Shown here: positions 9,059 through 18,677 of the stretch, one piece after another
Position numbering within the stretch: the stretch's first letter is position 1
How the letters are laid out: every line of letters starts with the position of its first letter
DNA from: a bacterium
GTDB lineage: Bacteria; Patescibacteriota; Minisyncoccia; Minisyncoccales; GWA2-46-15
Reading direction: 5' to 3'
DNA: 64,000 nucleotides
Assembly: GCA_030704795.1 (NCBI GenBank)
Contig: JAUYCZ010000028.1
Span: 83,202-147,201, forward strand
Made by a program: the position numbers and the translations under genes
The notes under the pieces: generated by a model
Told to the model about the DNA's origin: nothing
The model's input: the letters and a program-made list of their open reading frames with translations, nothing else
The model's database searches: none

Positions 9059-12000
9059 ATGGCGAAATTTACTCATCTCCACGTCCATAGCCAGTATTCT
9101 TTGCTCGATGGATTATCCAAAATTCCCCAACTTTTGGATCGGGCCAAAGAACTGGGCATGGATTCTCTAGCCCTGACTGACCACGGCGTCCTTTACGGCG
9201 CCGTCGAGTTCTATAAAGAAGCGGTCAAGAGGGATATTAAACCGATTATTGGCGTCGAGCTGTATGTCGCCAATAACCGGATGACCGACAAGCGCCCCAA
9301 CGTTGACGATAAGAGATATCACCTTGTTCTTTTAGCCAAAAACGAACAGGGCTACAAAAATCTCATTAAATTAATCACCAAAGCCCATCTCGAGGGCTTT
9401 TATTATAAACCAAGGATCGACGAAGAATTATTAAGGAAACACAGCCAGGGCCTGATCGGCCTGTCCGCTTGTTTGCAGGGCCAGATTTCCCGTTTGATCA
9501 TGGCTAAGAAATTAAAGGAAGCGGAAGAAACGGTCTTAAGATACCAAGAGATTTTTGGTCCGGGTAACTTTTACCTTGAGCTCCAGCACCACGAAAATAT
9601 CAAAGAACAGGCAGTGGTTAACAATGCCTTGATTGCCTTGGCCAAGAAAACCGGCCTGCCGCTCGTCGCCACCCAAGATATGCATTATTTGAAGCTCGAA
9701 GACGCAGAAGCTCAGGACATCTTAATGCTCATCAATACCGGCGCTGATATCAATGATCCGGAAAGGTTAACCATGAAGCAGGATGATTTTTCCATGACTT
9801 CGCCGGAACAGATGAAAGAGTATTTTCAGCACGTTCCCGAAGCCATTGAAAACACTCAGAAGATTGCCGACGCCTGTAATTTCAAGCTTGAGCTGGGCAA
9901 GACCAAACTGCCCGCCTTCAACGTGCCCGATGGCAAAACGGCTAATCAATACCTGAGAGAATTGGTTTTTGAAAAGATCGAGAAGCGTTATCTCAAACCC
10001 GGCAAGGATATTCTCGAGCGGGTGGAATACGAGCTCTCGGTCATCGAAAAAACCGGCTTTGCCTCTTATTTTCTGATCGTCCAGGATCTGGTCGCTTGGG
10101 CCAAGGAAAATCGCATCGTCGTCGGACCCGGCCGCGGATCGGCCGCCGGCTCCATCGTTTCCTATATCTTAGGCATTACTAACGTTGACCCAATCAAATA
10201 CAACCTTCTCTTCGAAAGATTTCTCAATCCGGAAAGAATCTCTTTCCCGGATATTGATTTAGATTTTGCCGACCGCCGGCGCGACGAAGTCATCAACTAC
10301 GTGGCCGAGAAATACGGCCGGGACAAGGTCGCCCAGATCATCACTTTTGGAACGATGGCCGCCCGGGCCGCCGTCAGAGATGTTGGTCGGGCCTTAGGTT
10401 ATCAATACGCTTATTGCGACCAAATGGCTAAGATGATTCCTTTTGGCTTTAACCTTGAGGAAACGCTCAAAAAAGTAAAGGAATTCCGCGATCTTTATGA
10501 GCAGGACGCCCAGGCCAAAAAGCTGGTTGACCTGGCCAAAAAACTGGAGGGCGTGGCCCGCCACGCTTCAACCCATGCCTGCGGCGTTGTCATTTCCGCC
10601 GAGCCCCTGGAAAATATCGTTCCTCTCCAGCATCCGACCCAGGACGATCAAAACATCGTCACTCAGTACGAAATGCATTCCATTGAAGACCTGGGCCTTT
10701 TAAAAATGGACTTTCTGGGCTTGAAGAATCTAACCATTATCGAAGATACCCTGGCCAGAATTTATGTCATTCACGGCCAGTCCATCGACATCGAAACCAT
10801 TCCTCTGGACAACAAAGACGTCTACAAGACCCTGCGCGAGGGACGGACGGCCGGCATCTTCCAACTCGAAGGCCAGGGCATGACCCGCTATCTGACCGAG
10901 CTGAAACCGACCGAGTTTGAAGACATCGTCACCATGATCACTTTATTCCGGCCGGGACCGATGGAATTTATTCCTTCTTATATCCGCCGGAAACACGGCA
11001 AAGAAAAAATTGAATATCTCCATCCCAGGCTCAAACCGATTCTTGAGAAAACTTACGGAATTTGCATCTACCAAGAAAGTTTGATGCAGATTGCCCGCGA
11101 CTTAGCCGGTTTTACCTATGGCCAGGCTGACGTTCTGCGCAAGGCCGTCGGCAAAAAAATTAAGAGCTTGCTCAACGAGCAAAAAGACAGGCTCTTGCAG
11201 GGGATGAAAAACAACGGCATTCCGGATAAAATCGCCCAGGAAATCTGGGAGTGGATTTTGCCCTTTGCCCAGTACGGTTTTAACCGGTCGCATAGTTGCG
11301 CTTATGCCATGATCGCTTACCAGACCGCCTATCTGAAGACTCTTTATCCGGTGGAGTTCATGGCCGCTCTTTTGACCTCGGAAAAACACGACGTGGAAAA
11401 GATTGCCTTCTTCATCGAAGAATGCAAGCGCATGAAGATTGACGTGTTGCCTCCGGACGTCAACGAAAGCTTGACCAACTTCACCGTCGTACCCAAGGAA
11501 AAGAAGATTCGTTTTGGGCTGTCGGCCATCAAAAACGTCGGCGCCAACGTCGTCAAGGCCATCACCGAGGAAAGAAAAGCCAATGGCCCGTTTAAAAACT
11601 TGAGTGATTTTCTGGCCCGGATCAATTCTAAAGACTTGAATAAAAAATCGCTGGAAAGCCTGACCCGGGCCGGGGTTTTTGACTCCATCGTCGAGAGAAA
11701 TCAGATTTTGTCCAATGTCGAAGACATCTTAGAATTTAACCGCCAGTACCAGAAAAAAAGAACTGAAGGCCAGCGCAATCTTTTTGAGGGCAAGATCAAT
11801 TTTGGCTCGGAGATTCATTTGGCCGCGGCAGCGCCGGCCTCGCCCCGGGAAAAGTTGGAATGGGAAAAGGAATTGCTTGGACTCTTTGTCACTTCCCATC
11901 CTCTGGATGGATTCCAACAAGCATTAAAGGGAAAGACCTCCCCTCTGGAAAGTATTGTTCCAGAAATTGACGGCAAAAAAGTCAGAGTGGCCGGCATCAT

Positions 12001-12226
12001 TTCCCGTCTCAAGAAGATCGTTACCAAGAACGGCCAACCGATGCTTTTTGTGAATCTCGAAGACCTGACCGCTAAGATTGAGGTCGTCGTTTTCCCTTCC
12101 GTTTTGGAGCGCAATCCCCTACCATTCAAAGAAAACAAAATTGTTCTCATTACCGGCCGGGTCAGTTACAAAGATAACTTGCCCAAGATCATTTGCGACG
12201 ACATCCAGGAAATTCTGGAGCAGTAA
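9059..12226 (+). CDS. dnaE: DNA polymerase III alpha subunit
   Basis: Has an N-terminal PHP domain (FTHLHVHSQYSLLDG), the polymerase core and an OB fold; 1055 aa. Confidence 0.95.
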   Translation: MAKFTHLHVHSQYSLLDGLSKIPQLLDRAKELGMDSLALTDHGVLYGAVEFYKEAVKRDIKPIIGVELYVANNRMTDKRPNVDDKRYHLVLLAKNEQGYKNLIKLITKAHLEGFYYKPRIDEELLRKHSQGLIGLSACLQGQISRLIMAKKLKEAEETVLRYQEIFGPGNFYLELQHHENIKEQAVVNNALIALAKKTGLPLVATQDMHYLKLEDAEAQDILMLINTGADINDPERLTMKQDDFSMTSPEQMKEYFQHVPEAIENTQKIADACNFKLELGKTKLPAFNVPDGKTANQYLRELVFEKIEKRYLKPGKDILERVEYELSVIEKTGFASYFLIVQDLVAWAKENRIVVGPGRGSAAGSIVSYILGITNVDPIKYNLLFERFLNPERISFPDIDLDFADRRRDEVINYVAEKYGRDKVAQIITFGTMAARAAVRDVGRALGYQYAYCDQMAKMIPFGFNLEETLKKVKEFRDLYEQDAQAKKLVDLAKKLEGVARHASTHACGVVISAEPLENIVPLQHPTQDDQNIVTQYEMHSIEDLGLLKMDFLGLKNLTIIEDTLARIYVIHGQSIDIETIPLDNKDVYKTLREGRTAGIFQLEGQGMTRYLTELKPTEFEDIVTMITLFRPGPMEFIPSYIRRKHGKEKIEYLHPRLKPILEKTYGICIYQESLMQIARDLAGFTYGQADVLRKAVGKKIKSLLNEQKDRLLQGMKNNGIPDKIAQEIWEWILPFAQYGFNRSHSCAYAMIAYQTAYLKTLYPVEFMAALLTSEKHDVEKIAFFIEECKRMKIDVLPPDVNESLTNFTVVPKEKKIRFGLSAIKNVGANVVKAITEERKANGPFKNLSDFLARINSKDLNKKSLESLTRAGVFDSIVERNQILSNVEDILEFNRQYQKKRTEGQRNLFEGKINFGSEIHLAAAAPASPREKLEWEKELLGLFVTSHPLDGFQQALKGKTSPLESIVPEIDGKKVRVAGIISRLKKIVTKNGQPMLFVNLEDLTAKIEVVVFPSVLERNPLPFKENKIVLITGRVSYKDNLPKIICDDIQEILEQ

Positions 12227-12254
12227 ACACCTCCCAACTGGCGGAAGGTGTTTT
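12227..12254 (+). terminator. candidate Rho-independent terminator after dnaE
   Basis: An ACACCTCC...GGAAGGTGT stem followed by TTTT. The stem contains a bulge. Confidence 0.45.
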
Positions 12255-12313
12255 GGTTCATGGCACCTTTAATTAAAAGCTAATTTATGATAGGATAAGC
12301 TACCACTAAATAT

Positions 12314-14095
12314 ATGAGAAAAACAGCCAAAAATTCCGCCGAGGAGCTCAAAAAAATGAGGCACAGCTGTGAACACGTTTTGACTCAAGCCACGCTGAGG
12401 CTTTGGCCTGGCATTAAAATGGCCATGGGTCCGGCCACCGACGAGGGCTTCTATTTTGACTTTGATCCTCTCGGAGAGCGGGTCTCCGAAGCGGATTTTC
12501 CCAAAATCGAGGCCGAAATGGCCAAGATCGTCAAGGATAACCTGCCCATCCGCAAAAAGATTCTGACGATGCTCCAAGCCCGCAAACTCTTCAAAGGCAA
12601 TGAGTACAAACAGGAGTGGCTCGATGAAATCAAGGCCAAAAAGCAGAAGCCGACTGTCTATTGGACCGGTCCTTCGACAAGCTCAGGATTTGTTGATCTT
12701 TGCGCGGGGCCACATCTCAAATCAACCGGAGAGATCGGCGCTTTCAAACTCCTTTCGGTGGCCGGCGCTTATTGGCGAGGGAGTGAAAAGAACAAAATGC
12801 TGACCCGGATTTACGGCACTTGTTTTGCCAGCCAAAAAGAGCTTGATGAGCATCTCTCCCGCTTAGAAGACGCAGAAAAACGAGATCACAGGAAACTTGG
12901 GGCCGACCTTAATCTGTTTGTCTTTTCCGACCTCGTTGGTAAAGGCTTGCCCCTCCTCACTCCCCTGGGAACGACGATTAGAAGAGAACTGGAACGGTTC
13001 ATCGTTGACGAAGAAATAAAGCGTGGCTATCAGCACGTAATCACGCCGCCTTTGGCAAAGACAGATCTCTACAAAATGTCCGGCCATTACCCATACTACA
13101 AAAACACGATGTACCCGGTGATGAAAGTTGACGAGGACGAGCTTATTCTTAGGCCGATGACCTGTCCTCATCATTTTATGTTGTATAAGTCAAAGCCGCG
13201 CAGTTACCGGGATTTGCCGATGCGGATTGCGGAAATTTCCCCCCAGTTTCGTTATGAGAAAAGCGGTGAATTGAGCGGGTTAATGCGGGTAAGAATGTTC
13301 TGTCTAGCCGATGCCCATATCATTTGTCCGTTGGAAGCCGCCTCGAGCGAAATAAAAAAAGTTCTCGATTTAATTGACTACGCCAATCATGTTTTTGGCC
13401 TTAAAAAGGGAAAAGATTATCGGTATCGCCTCTCTTTAGGAGACAGGAAAGACGATAAAAAATATTACAAAGATGACGCCGCCTGGAACAAGGCGGAAAA
13501 GGTTCTGCGCCAAGTCCTCAAAGAAATCAAGGCGCCGTTTTTTGAGGCCAAGGGCGAAGCGGCCTTCTACGGACCGAAAATAGACGTTCAGGTTAAAAGA
13601 GTCGGTGGTCAGGAAGAAACGGCCTTCACCGTTCAGTACGACTTTGTCATGCCCAAACGCTTTGACTTAGTCTATACGGATAACAAGGGTAAAGAAATGC
13701 AACCGATCGTCATCCACCGCTCATCGATTGGCGCCTTTGAAAGAACGATGGCGTTCTTGATTGAACACTACGCTGGCGCTTTTCCGGTTTGGCTGTCGCC
13801 GGTCCAAGGCTGGGTCATCCCTATTGCTTCTCGGCATATTCCCTCTGCCCAAAAAGTCTTCGAAGCCCTGCGAAAAGAGAGTTTAAGAGTTGAGTTCAAG
13901 GATGAAAACGAAACCGTCGGCAAGAAGATCCGGGAAGGAGAATTGCAGAAAATCCCTTATCTTTTGATCGTGGGTGACCGGGAAGAAAAGGCGAAAACCA
14001 TCAGCCTAAGGCAAAGAAAAAAAGGAGACTTGGGCGCAATGAAGTTAAAAGAATTTATCGCCAAGATTAAAAAAGAAATCGAGCAAAAAAGCTAA
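12314..14095 (+). CDS. thrS: threonyl-tRNA synthetase lacking the N-terminal TGS domain
   Basis: Starts in the editing domain (RHSCEHVLTQA..GFYFDFD), followed by a class II core and anticodon-binding domain. Confidence 0.95.
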   Translation: MRKTAKNSAEELKKMRHSCEHVLTQATLRLWPGIKMAMGPATDEGFYFDFDPLGERVSEADFPKIEAEMAKIVKDNLPIRKKILTMLQARKLFKGNEYKQEWLDEIKAKKQKPTVYWTGPSTSSGFVDLCAGPHLKSTGEIGAFKLLSVAGAYWRGSEKNKMLTRIYGTCFASQKELDEHLSRLEDAEKRDHRKLGADLNLFVFSDLVGKGLPLLTPLGTTIRRELERFIVDEEIKRGYQHVITPPLAKTDLYKMSGHYPYYKNTMYPVMKVDEDELILRPMTCPHHFMLYKSKPRSYRDLPMRIAEISPQFRYEKSGELSGLMRVRMFCLADAHIICPLEAASSEIKKVLDLIDYANHVFGLKKGKDYRYRLSLGDRKDDKKYYKDDAAWNKAEKVLRQVLKEIKAPFFEAKGEAAFYGPKIDVQVKRVGGQEETAFTVQYDFVMPKRFDLVYTDNKGKEMQPIVIHRSSIGAFERTMAFLIEHYAGAFPVWLSPVQGWVIPIASRHIPSAQKVFEALRKESLRVEFKDENETVGKKIREGELQKIPYLLIVGDREEKAKTISLRQRKKGDLGAMKLKEFIAKIKKEIEQKS

Positions 14096-14098
14096 GCC

Positions 14099-15682
14099 AT
14101 GATCTCTGACGCTACTAAAAAGTATCTCCAACAAATTAATTCTTTTTCTCGGCCCGAGGGGACTCCCGATGCTCCCACAATTCACGTTGACCACGTTGCT
14201 TCAAAGATCGCCACTCTCTACGAAAAACTCCGTCAGGTCATTGACTACCAGGAAGATCATCTTTTGAGAAAAAACACGATCGAGAGAGTCTTAAAGAGGC
14301 GGCTTTTGCTTTCCTCGGATCCCGAAGAAATTGCCCCGCCTTTGGTTTTTGAATTAATCCGGGGCGGGTATTTTCCCAACGATAAGATCCCGGAAACTAA
14401 AATCGAAGAGATTAAGAGGCTCCTGGCCAAATACATTTTTCTGATTGAATCCTCTCCCGCTTCGATTTCCAGATCGGAAAGAAGAAAACTGGCCGGCTGG
14501 CTAGAGAGCCTGGCTTCTTCGGAAATCGAAGAAAAGCTGGTGCCGCGCCGGAAAGAAAAAGCTCTTTTAGACTATATGGTCGAGGAGCTTATAGCGCGCC
14601 TGGTCTTCCCTGAAAACTTCTTGACCGATGAACAAAGAAAGAAAGAGCTGGTTTTTGTCGCCAGCCAAAAAGCTCTCTTAAAAGCGGATTTAGCTCTTTT
14701 GAACTGGCGCCTGTTGAAACTTAAATTTCCCGAATTCGCAGACGTTCCGGGCAGAGACTATTTAATTACTTTTTCTCAAAATCTGTCTTTAATCGCCCGG
14801 GAAATCGAAGAAGAGATTAACCACCCCCTCATCAAAATAATCCAGAGAAAAGCTTACGGCTTCTCTCCTATATTCTGGCTTTTCCAAGATATTGCTTTAG
14901 AAGATCCGCAAAAAGCCCTGGGGCTTTTTGGCAATCCCGAGTCTCTCGAAACGAGGATTAAGTTCGCCTACGACAAAAGATACCGGCTTTTAAAGAAAGA
15001 CAATCGCCGTTGGGGCGTCCGCTGGGTTACTTCTATTCTTCTCTCTAAAATGCTCCTGGCCTTGTTGATCGAGGTCCCCTATGATCGCCTCCACGGTAAT
15101 TTTTCCCCCCTGGCCTTGGGCGTCAACATGTTTTTTCCGCCCTTTCTCATGTTTCTCATCATTTCTTCCGTCCGTGTTCCCAGCGCCGATAATAAAAATC
15201 AGCTTTCCTGGGAAGCCATGAAAATCGTTTATCCTAAAGACGACTTAGAACCCATCCGGATCGAAGAAATTAAAGAAAAAACGGGCTTCATTGGTCTTTT
15301 CCTAAAAACATTCTTCTGGTCAACTTCAACTGCCATCTTTGCCGGCGTGATTTATCTTTTACTGAAGATCAATTTTAGCTGGCTCAGCATCATTATTTTC
15401 CTTGCCTTCTTTTCCTTGATCGCTTTTTCCGGAATGAAAATTGAAGCCACTACCAAACAGTTAAAGGTGGGGGAAAAAGAAGAAGGCGTCATCGGTTTCA
15501 TCGCCGATATCTTCTTTCTCCCTTTTAGAAATATCGGCAAGTGGCTTTCCGGACAACTCCAGAAATATAATCTCATCATCTTGATCCTCAATCTTTTCTT
15601 TGAGGCTCCTTTGCAAATCTTTTTTGAGTTCCTGGAAAGCTGGAGAGGTTACATCAAAAAGAAAAAAGAGGAAATGGAGTGA
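14099..15682 (+). CDS. hypothetical multi-pass membrane protein (527 aa)
   Basis: A long ORF tightly coupled to thrS (4-nt gap). It has a soluble helical N-half and several hydrophobic segments in the C-half. I do not recognise the family. Confidence 0.6.
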   Translation: MISDATKKYLQQINSFSRPEGTPDAPTIHVDHVASKIATLYEKLRQVIDYQEDHLLRKNTIERVLKRRLLLSSDPEEIAPPLVFELIRGGYFPNDKIPETKIEEIKRLLAKYIFLIESSPASISRSERRKLAGWLESLASSEIEEKLVPRRKEKALLDYMVEELIARLVFPENFLTDEQRKKELVFVASQKALLKADLALLNWRLLKLKFPEFADVPGRDYLITFSQNLSLIAREIEEEINHPLIKIIQRKAYGFSPIFWLFQDIALEDPQKALGLFGNPESLETRIKFAYDKRYRLLKKDNRRWGVRWVTSILLSKMLLALLIEVPYDRLHGNFSPLALGVNMFFPPFLMFLIISSVRVPSADNKNQLSWEAMKIVYPKDDLEPIRIEEIKEKTGFIGLFLKTFFWSTSTAIFAGVIYLLLKINFSWLSIIIFLAFFSLIAFSGMKIEATTKQLKVGEKEEGVIGFIADIFFLPFRNIGKWLSGQLQKYNLIILILNLFFEAPLQIFFEFLESWRGYIKKKKEEME

Positions 15683-15692
15683 GGGGGTTATA

Positions 15693-15721
15693 TTGCTCGA
15701 TATATCGCTTCGCGCTATAAT
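15693..15721 (+). promoter_or_regulatory. sigma70-like promoter (TTGCTC-17 nt-TATAAT)
   Basis: A consensus -10 with exact 17-nt spacing, counted on the sequence, upstream of the Kazal-domain gene. Confidence 0.55.
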
Positions 15722-15764
15722 TTTAAATAGAATAATAAACTTTAACTGAAACAAAATGTCTTTG

Positions 15765-15811
15765 AAGAACCATCGCTTCGCGAGAACCTTAATTTTTGCT
15801 AACGCTCAAAT
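15765..15811. repeat. degenerate copy of the 47-nt intergenic repeat (AAGAACC..TCGCTTCGCGAGAACCTTAAT..)
   Basis: Aligned by eye to the copies at 24868-24914 and 20396-20443. Confidence 0.6.
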
Positions 15812-17102
15812 GAAAAAATTCGTTTTTTGTCTTTTGTTCGTACTCTTTTCTTTCGGTCTCGTCAGTTTGGCCCTGGCTCAGTCCGAAGTTGCCCCTTCGC
15901 CAGTCGCTCCTGTCGAAAGTCCGACACCCTCTGTCGGCAGCACGATCACCGAAGATCTACCGACGGTCACCGCCCAGGACCTGGGCGTAAATGCCCCCCG
16001 GGTTTTGCCTGACAGCCGATTCTATTTTTTTAAAGACTGGCAGAGGAATCTCGGCTTGGCCCTAACCTTTAATCCCGTCAAAAAAGCCGAATTAAGACAG
16101 AAAATACTCAACGAAAAACTGGTGGAATTGGACAAGTTGGCCGAAAAGACCCAGAACCCCGAACTGATTCAGAAAGCCACGGACGCGGCCCAAAAGGAAA
16201 TGGAAAAACTAAAAGAGCAGGTAGAAAAATTTAAAAACACCGCCCAGAACAATCCGGAAATTGAGAAGTTCCTGGGAAAATTCGTTGAGCATAGTATTTT
16301 ACAGCAAAAACTTTTAGAGAAACTGGAAACCAAGGTTCCGCCCCAAGCCCTGGAAAGAATCGAAACGGCCCGCCAGAGACAATTACAGAGATTTGGCGAC
16401 GTCATGGCCAAGCTCGAGGCGAAAGAAAAAATCGCGGAAAGGGTTAACGCCGCTCTAGAAAAACAAGCGGGCAACGAGTTCAAGCCCTTGAAAGACCTGC
16501 AATTCCTCAGAAGCCTGGAGGAAAAACTTCCCACCCAGGCTCAGGAAGCGATGAAGCGAGTTCAGGAAAAGAAAATGCTGCAGGTTCAAGAAAAATTGGA
16601 TAAAATGTCGGCCGAAGATCAGTTGAAAATGGTTAACTATCTCCAGAAAATGGGCGGCGATAAGCAAAAACAACTGGAAATTTTAGAAACGGTGAGAACA
16701 GAAATCAAGAACCGGATTCAGGCCGGCCAGATCAATGCCCCCGAGCTGGAAAAGAAGCTGGAAGAAGTTAAGTCGAAAGTTATCAATAAGATCGAAAACC
16801 TGCCGCAAAAAAGTAGTTGTCCGGGCTGGGTGGCGCCTCTCCCCGGCTTCTGTCAAGAAGGTCGGGTTGTTATTGGCAAAGATCTCCAGACCGGCTGTTT
16901 ATTACCGGCCAAATGTGTGGTGGCGGAGGAGAATAAAAAAGGCGGTGTTTGCGCCGCTCTCTGGAATCCGGTCTGCGGGGATGACGGCAAAACCTATTCC
17001 AACGACTGCTTTGCCAGATTAAAAGGAGTTTCGGTTGTCTATAAAGGAGAGTGTCAAGTCAAGACCGAATATCCGCCAGTGCCGGCTCCCGTCACTCCGT
17101 GA
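15810..17102 (+). CDS. secreted DUF5667-like coiled-coil protein with C-terminal Kazal-type domain
   Basis: Has signal peptide MKKFVFCLLFVLFSFGLVSLALAQ from the ATG at 15810, LPDSRFYFFKDW...LTFNP (DUF5667-like), and PVCGDDGKTYSNDCFAR...GEC (Kazal). Confidence 0.75.
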   Translation: MKKFVFCLLFVLFSFGLVSLALAQSEVAPSPVAPVESPTPSVGSTITEDLPTVTAQDLGVNAPRVLPDSRFYFFKDWQRNLGLALTFNPVKKAELRQKILNEKLVELDKLAEKTQNPELIQKATDAAQKEMEKLKEQVEKFKNTAQNNPEIEKFLGKFVEHSILQQKLLEKLETKVPPQALERIETARQRQLQRFGDVMAKLEAKEKIAERVNAALEKQAGNEFKPLKDLQFLRSLEEKLPTQAQEAMKRVQEKKMLQVQEKLDKMSAEDQLKMVNYLQKMGGDKQKQLEILETVRTEIKNRIQAGQINAPELEKKLEEVKSKVINKIENLPQKSSCPGWVAPLPGFCQEGRVVIGKDLQTGCLLPAKCVVAEENKKGGVCAALWNPVCGDDGKTYSNDCFARLKGVSVVYKGECQVKTEYPPVPAPVTP

Positions 17103-18010
17103 AGCCGAAACTGATTGTCATCTTGGGGCCAACCGCCTCGGGTAAAACTGATCTGGCGATTAAATTAGCTCAGAGATTTGGCGGCGAAATAGTTTCCGCT
17201 GATTCCCGGCAAGTCTATAAAGAAATGGACATTGGCACGTCCAAGCCCTTGCAAACTCAGGATATCCCCCACCATCTGATCAGCCTCATCCGACCCAACC
17301 GGAAAGGGTTCAATGCCGCTCTGTATAAGAAAGAGGCCCTGAAGGCCATCCAGGGCATTTTAAAGCGAGGTAAACTGCCCTTCTTGGTCGGCGGTACCGG
17401 CCTCTATCTCCAGGCGATTGTTGATAATGTTGAGTTCCCCCAGATACCGCCCCAGCCTAAGTTAAGACTGAAGCTGGAGAAGAAATCGGCTTTTGAACTC
17501 TTTGAGATTTATCGAAAAATAGATCCGGCCGGCGCTCGGCTTATCGACGGAAAGAATAAGCGTCGTCTGATCCGAGCCGTTGAGGTTTCTCGACTTTCCC
17601 AAAAACCCTTCTGGCAACAAAGAACCAAACAAGAACCGTTATTTGAAACTTTACAGCTCGGGATAAAACCCAGCGAAACTGTCCTGAAAAGGAATATTGC
17701 TCGGCGAACCGAAAAGATGCTGCGCCAGGGTCTGGAAAAGGAAGCCCGAAAACTCTTCCGAAAATACGGATCCCGGCTTCCCTCTCTGCAGACCATCGGT
17801 TACCAAGAATGGCTGCCTTCCCTCAAGGGCCGGATTGATGCTTCGACGAGAAAAAAGATCGCCGAGGAAATAAAAAACCACACCCGGCAATACGCCAAAC
17901 GACAAATGGTGTGGTTTAAGAAAGACTCAAGAATTGTCTGGCTGCCTCAATCCCACCCCGCTCCAAAAGCAATTCAGCTGGTTAAAGACTTCATCTCACG
18001 ATCTTATTAG
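17099..18010 (+). CDS. miaA: tRNA dimethylallyltransferase
   Basis: Has the GPTASGKT P-loop, DSRQVYKEMDIGTSKP and the YAKRQMVWF C-terminal motif. The GTG at 17099 overlaps the upstream stop (GTGA). Confidence 0.9.
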   Translation: MKPKLIVILGPTASGKTDLAIKLAQRFGGEIVSADSRQVYKEMDIGTSKPLQTQDIPHHLISLIRPNRKGFNAALYKKEALKAIQGILKRGKLPFLVGGTGLYLQAIVDNVEFPQIPPQPKLRLKLEKKSAFELFEIYRKIDPAGARLIDGKNKRRLIRAVEVSRLSQKPFWQQRTKQEPLFETLQLGIKPSETVLKRNIARRTEKMLRQGLEKEARKLFRKYGSRLPSLQTIGYQEWLPSLKGRIDASTRKKIAEEIKNHTRQYAKRQMVWFKKDSRIVWLPQSHPAPKAIQLVKDFISRSY

Positions 18011-18677
18011 CTTCTTCCATGATCTCAACGCTAAAGCTGGTGCCGATGAGATTGGCCCCGGCTTCTTTCATCATCTGATAGTCGGTATAGGACCGAATGC
18101 CGCCGGCGGCCTTGATCAGCAGGCCCGGCGCCGCCTCTCTCATGATCTTTAAATGCTTGGCTTTTTCGGCCAACTCGGAATTTCCCAGAGGGTCTTTTTC
18201 CGTCGCCGTCTTGACGCAAATGGCACCGGACTGTTTGACCAGTTCTGAGGCCTTCTTCACTTCCTGGTCGGTCAAGTAGCCGGAACCAATAATGACCTTG
18301 GTGGAGCAGAGTTGGGTGATGGCTTTTAAATCGCCCAGAATATTCAGGAAGCGTTCGTATTTCAAATCAATGACATTCATGACGACGTCGAGTTCATCGG
18401 CGCCGTCAATCTTGGCTTTTTCACATTCCTGAATTCTTAAACGAGGGGGACTGACACCCATGGGCGGGTCAATTAAACAGATAACTTTGATGTCTTGGCC
18501 GGCCAATTCTTCTTTAACTAATCTGATCCAGCGCGGATTAACGCAAACCCCGCGAAATTTGTAAGTCTTGGCTTCTTGGCAAGTCTTTTTAATATCGTCT
18601 TCGTTGGCATCCCGACGGATGTTGGTGTGGTCGATGGATTTGGCGATCTCCTCGAGAATATCTTTTTTAAAAGGCAT
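17991..18677 (-). CDS. deoC: deoxyribose-phosphate aldolase family
   Basis: Contains DHTNIR, CVNP, DELDVVMN, CVKTATEK (Schiff-base Lys region) and KAAGGIRS. Confidence 0.8.
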   Translation of the reverse strand: MPFKKDILEEIAKSIDHTNIRRDANEDDIKKTCQEAKTYKFRGVCVNPRWIRLVKEELAGQDIKVICLIDPPMGVSPPRLRIQECEKAKIDGADELDVVMNVIDLKYERFLNILGDLKAITQLCSTKVIIGSGYLTDQEVKKASELVKQSGAICVKTATEKDPLGNSELAEKAKHLKIMREAAPGLLIKAAGGIRSYTDYQMMKEAGANLIGTSFSVEIMEEANKIVR

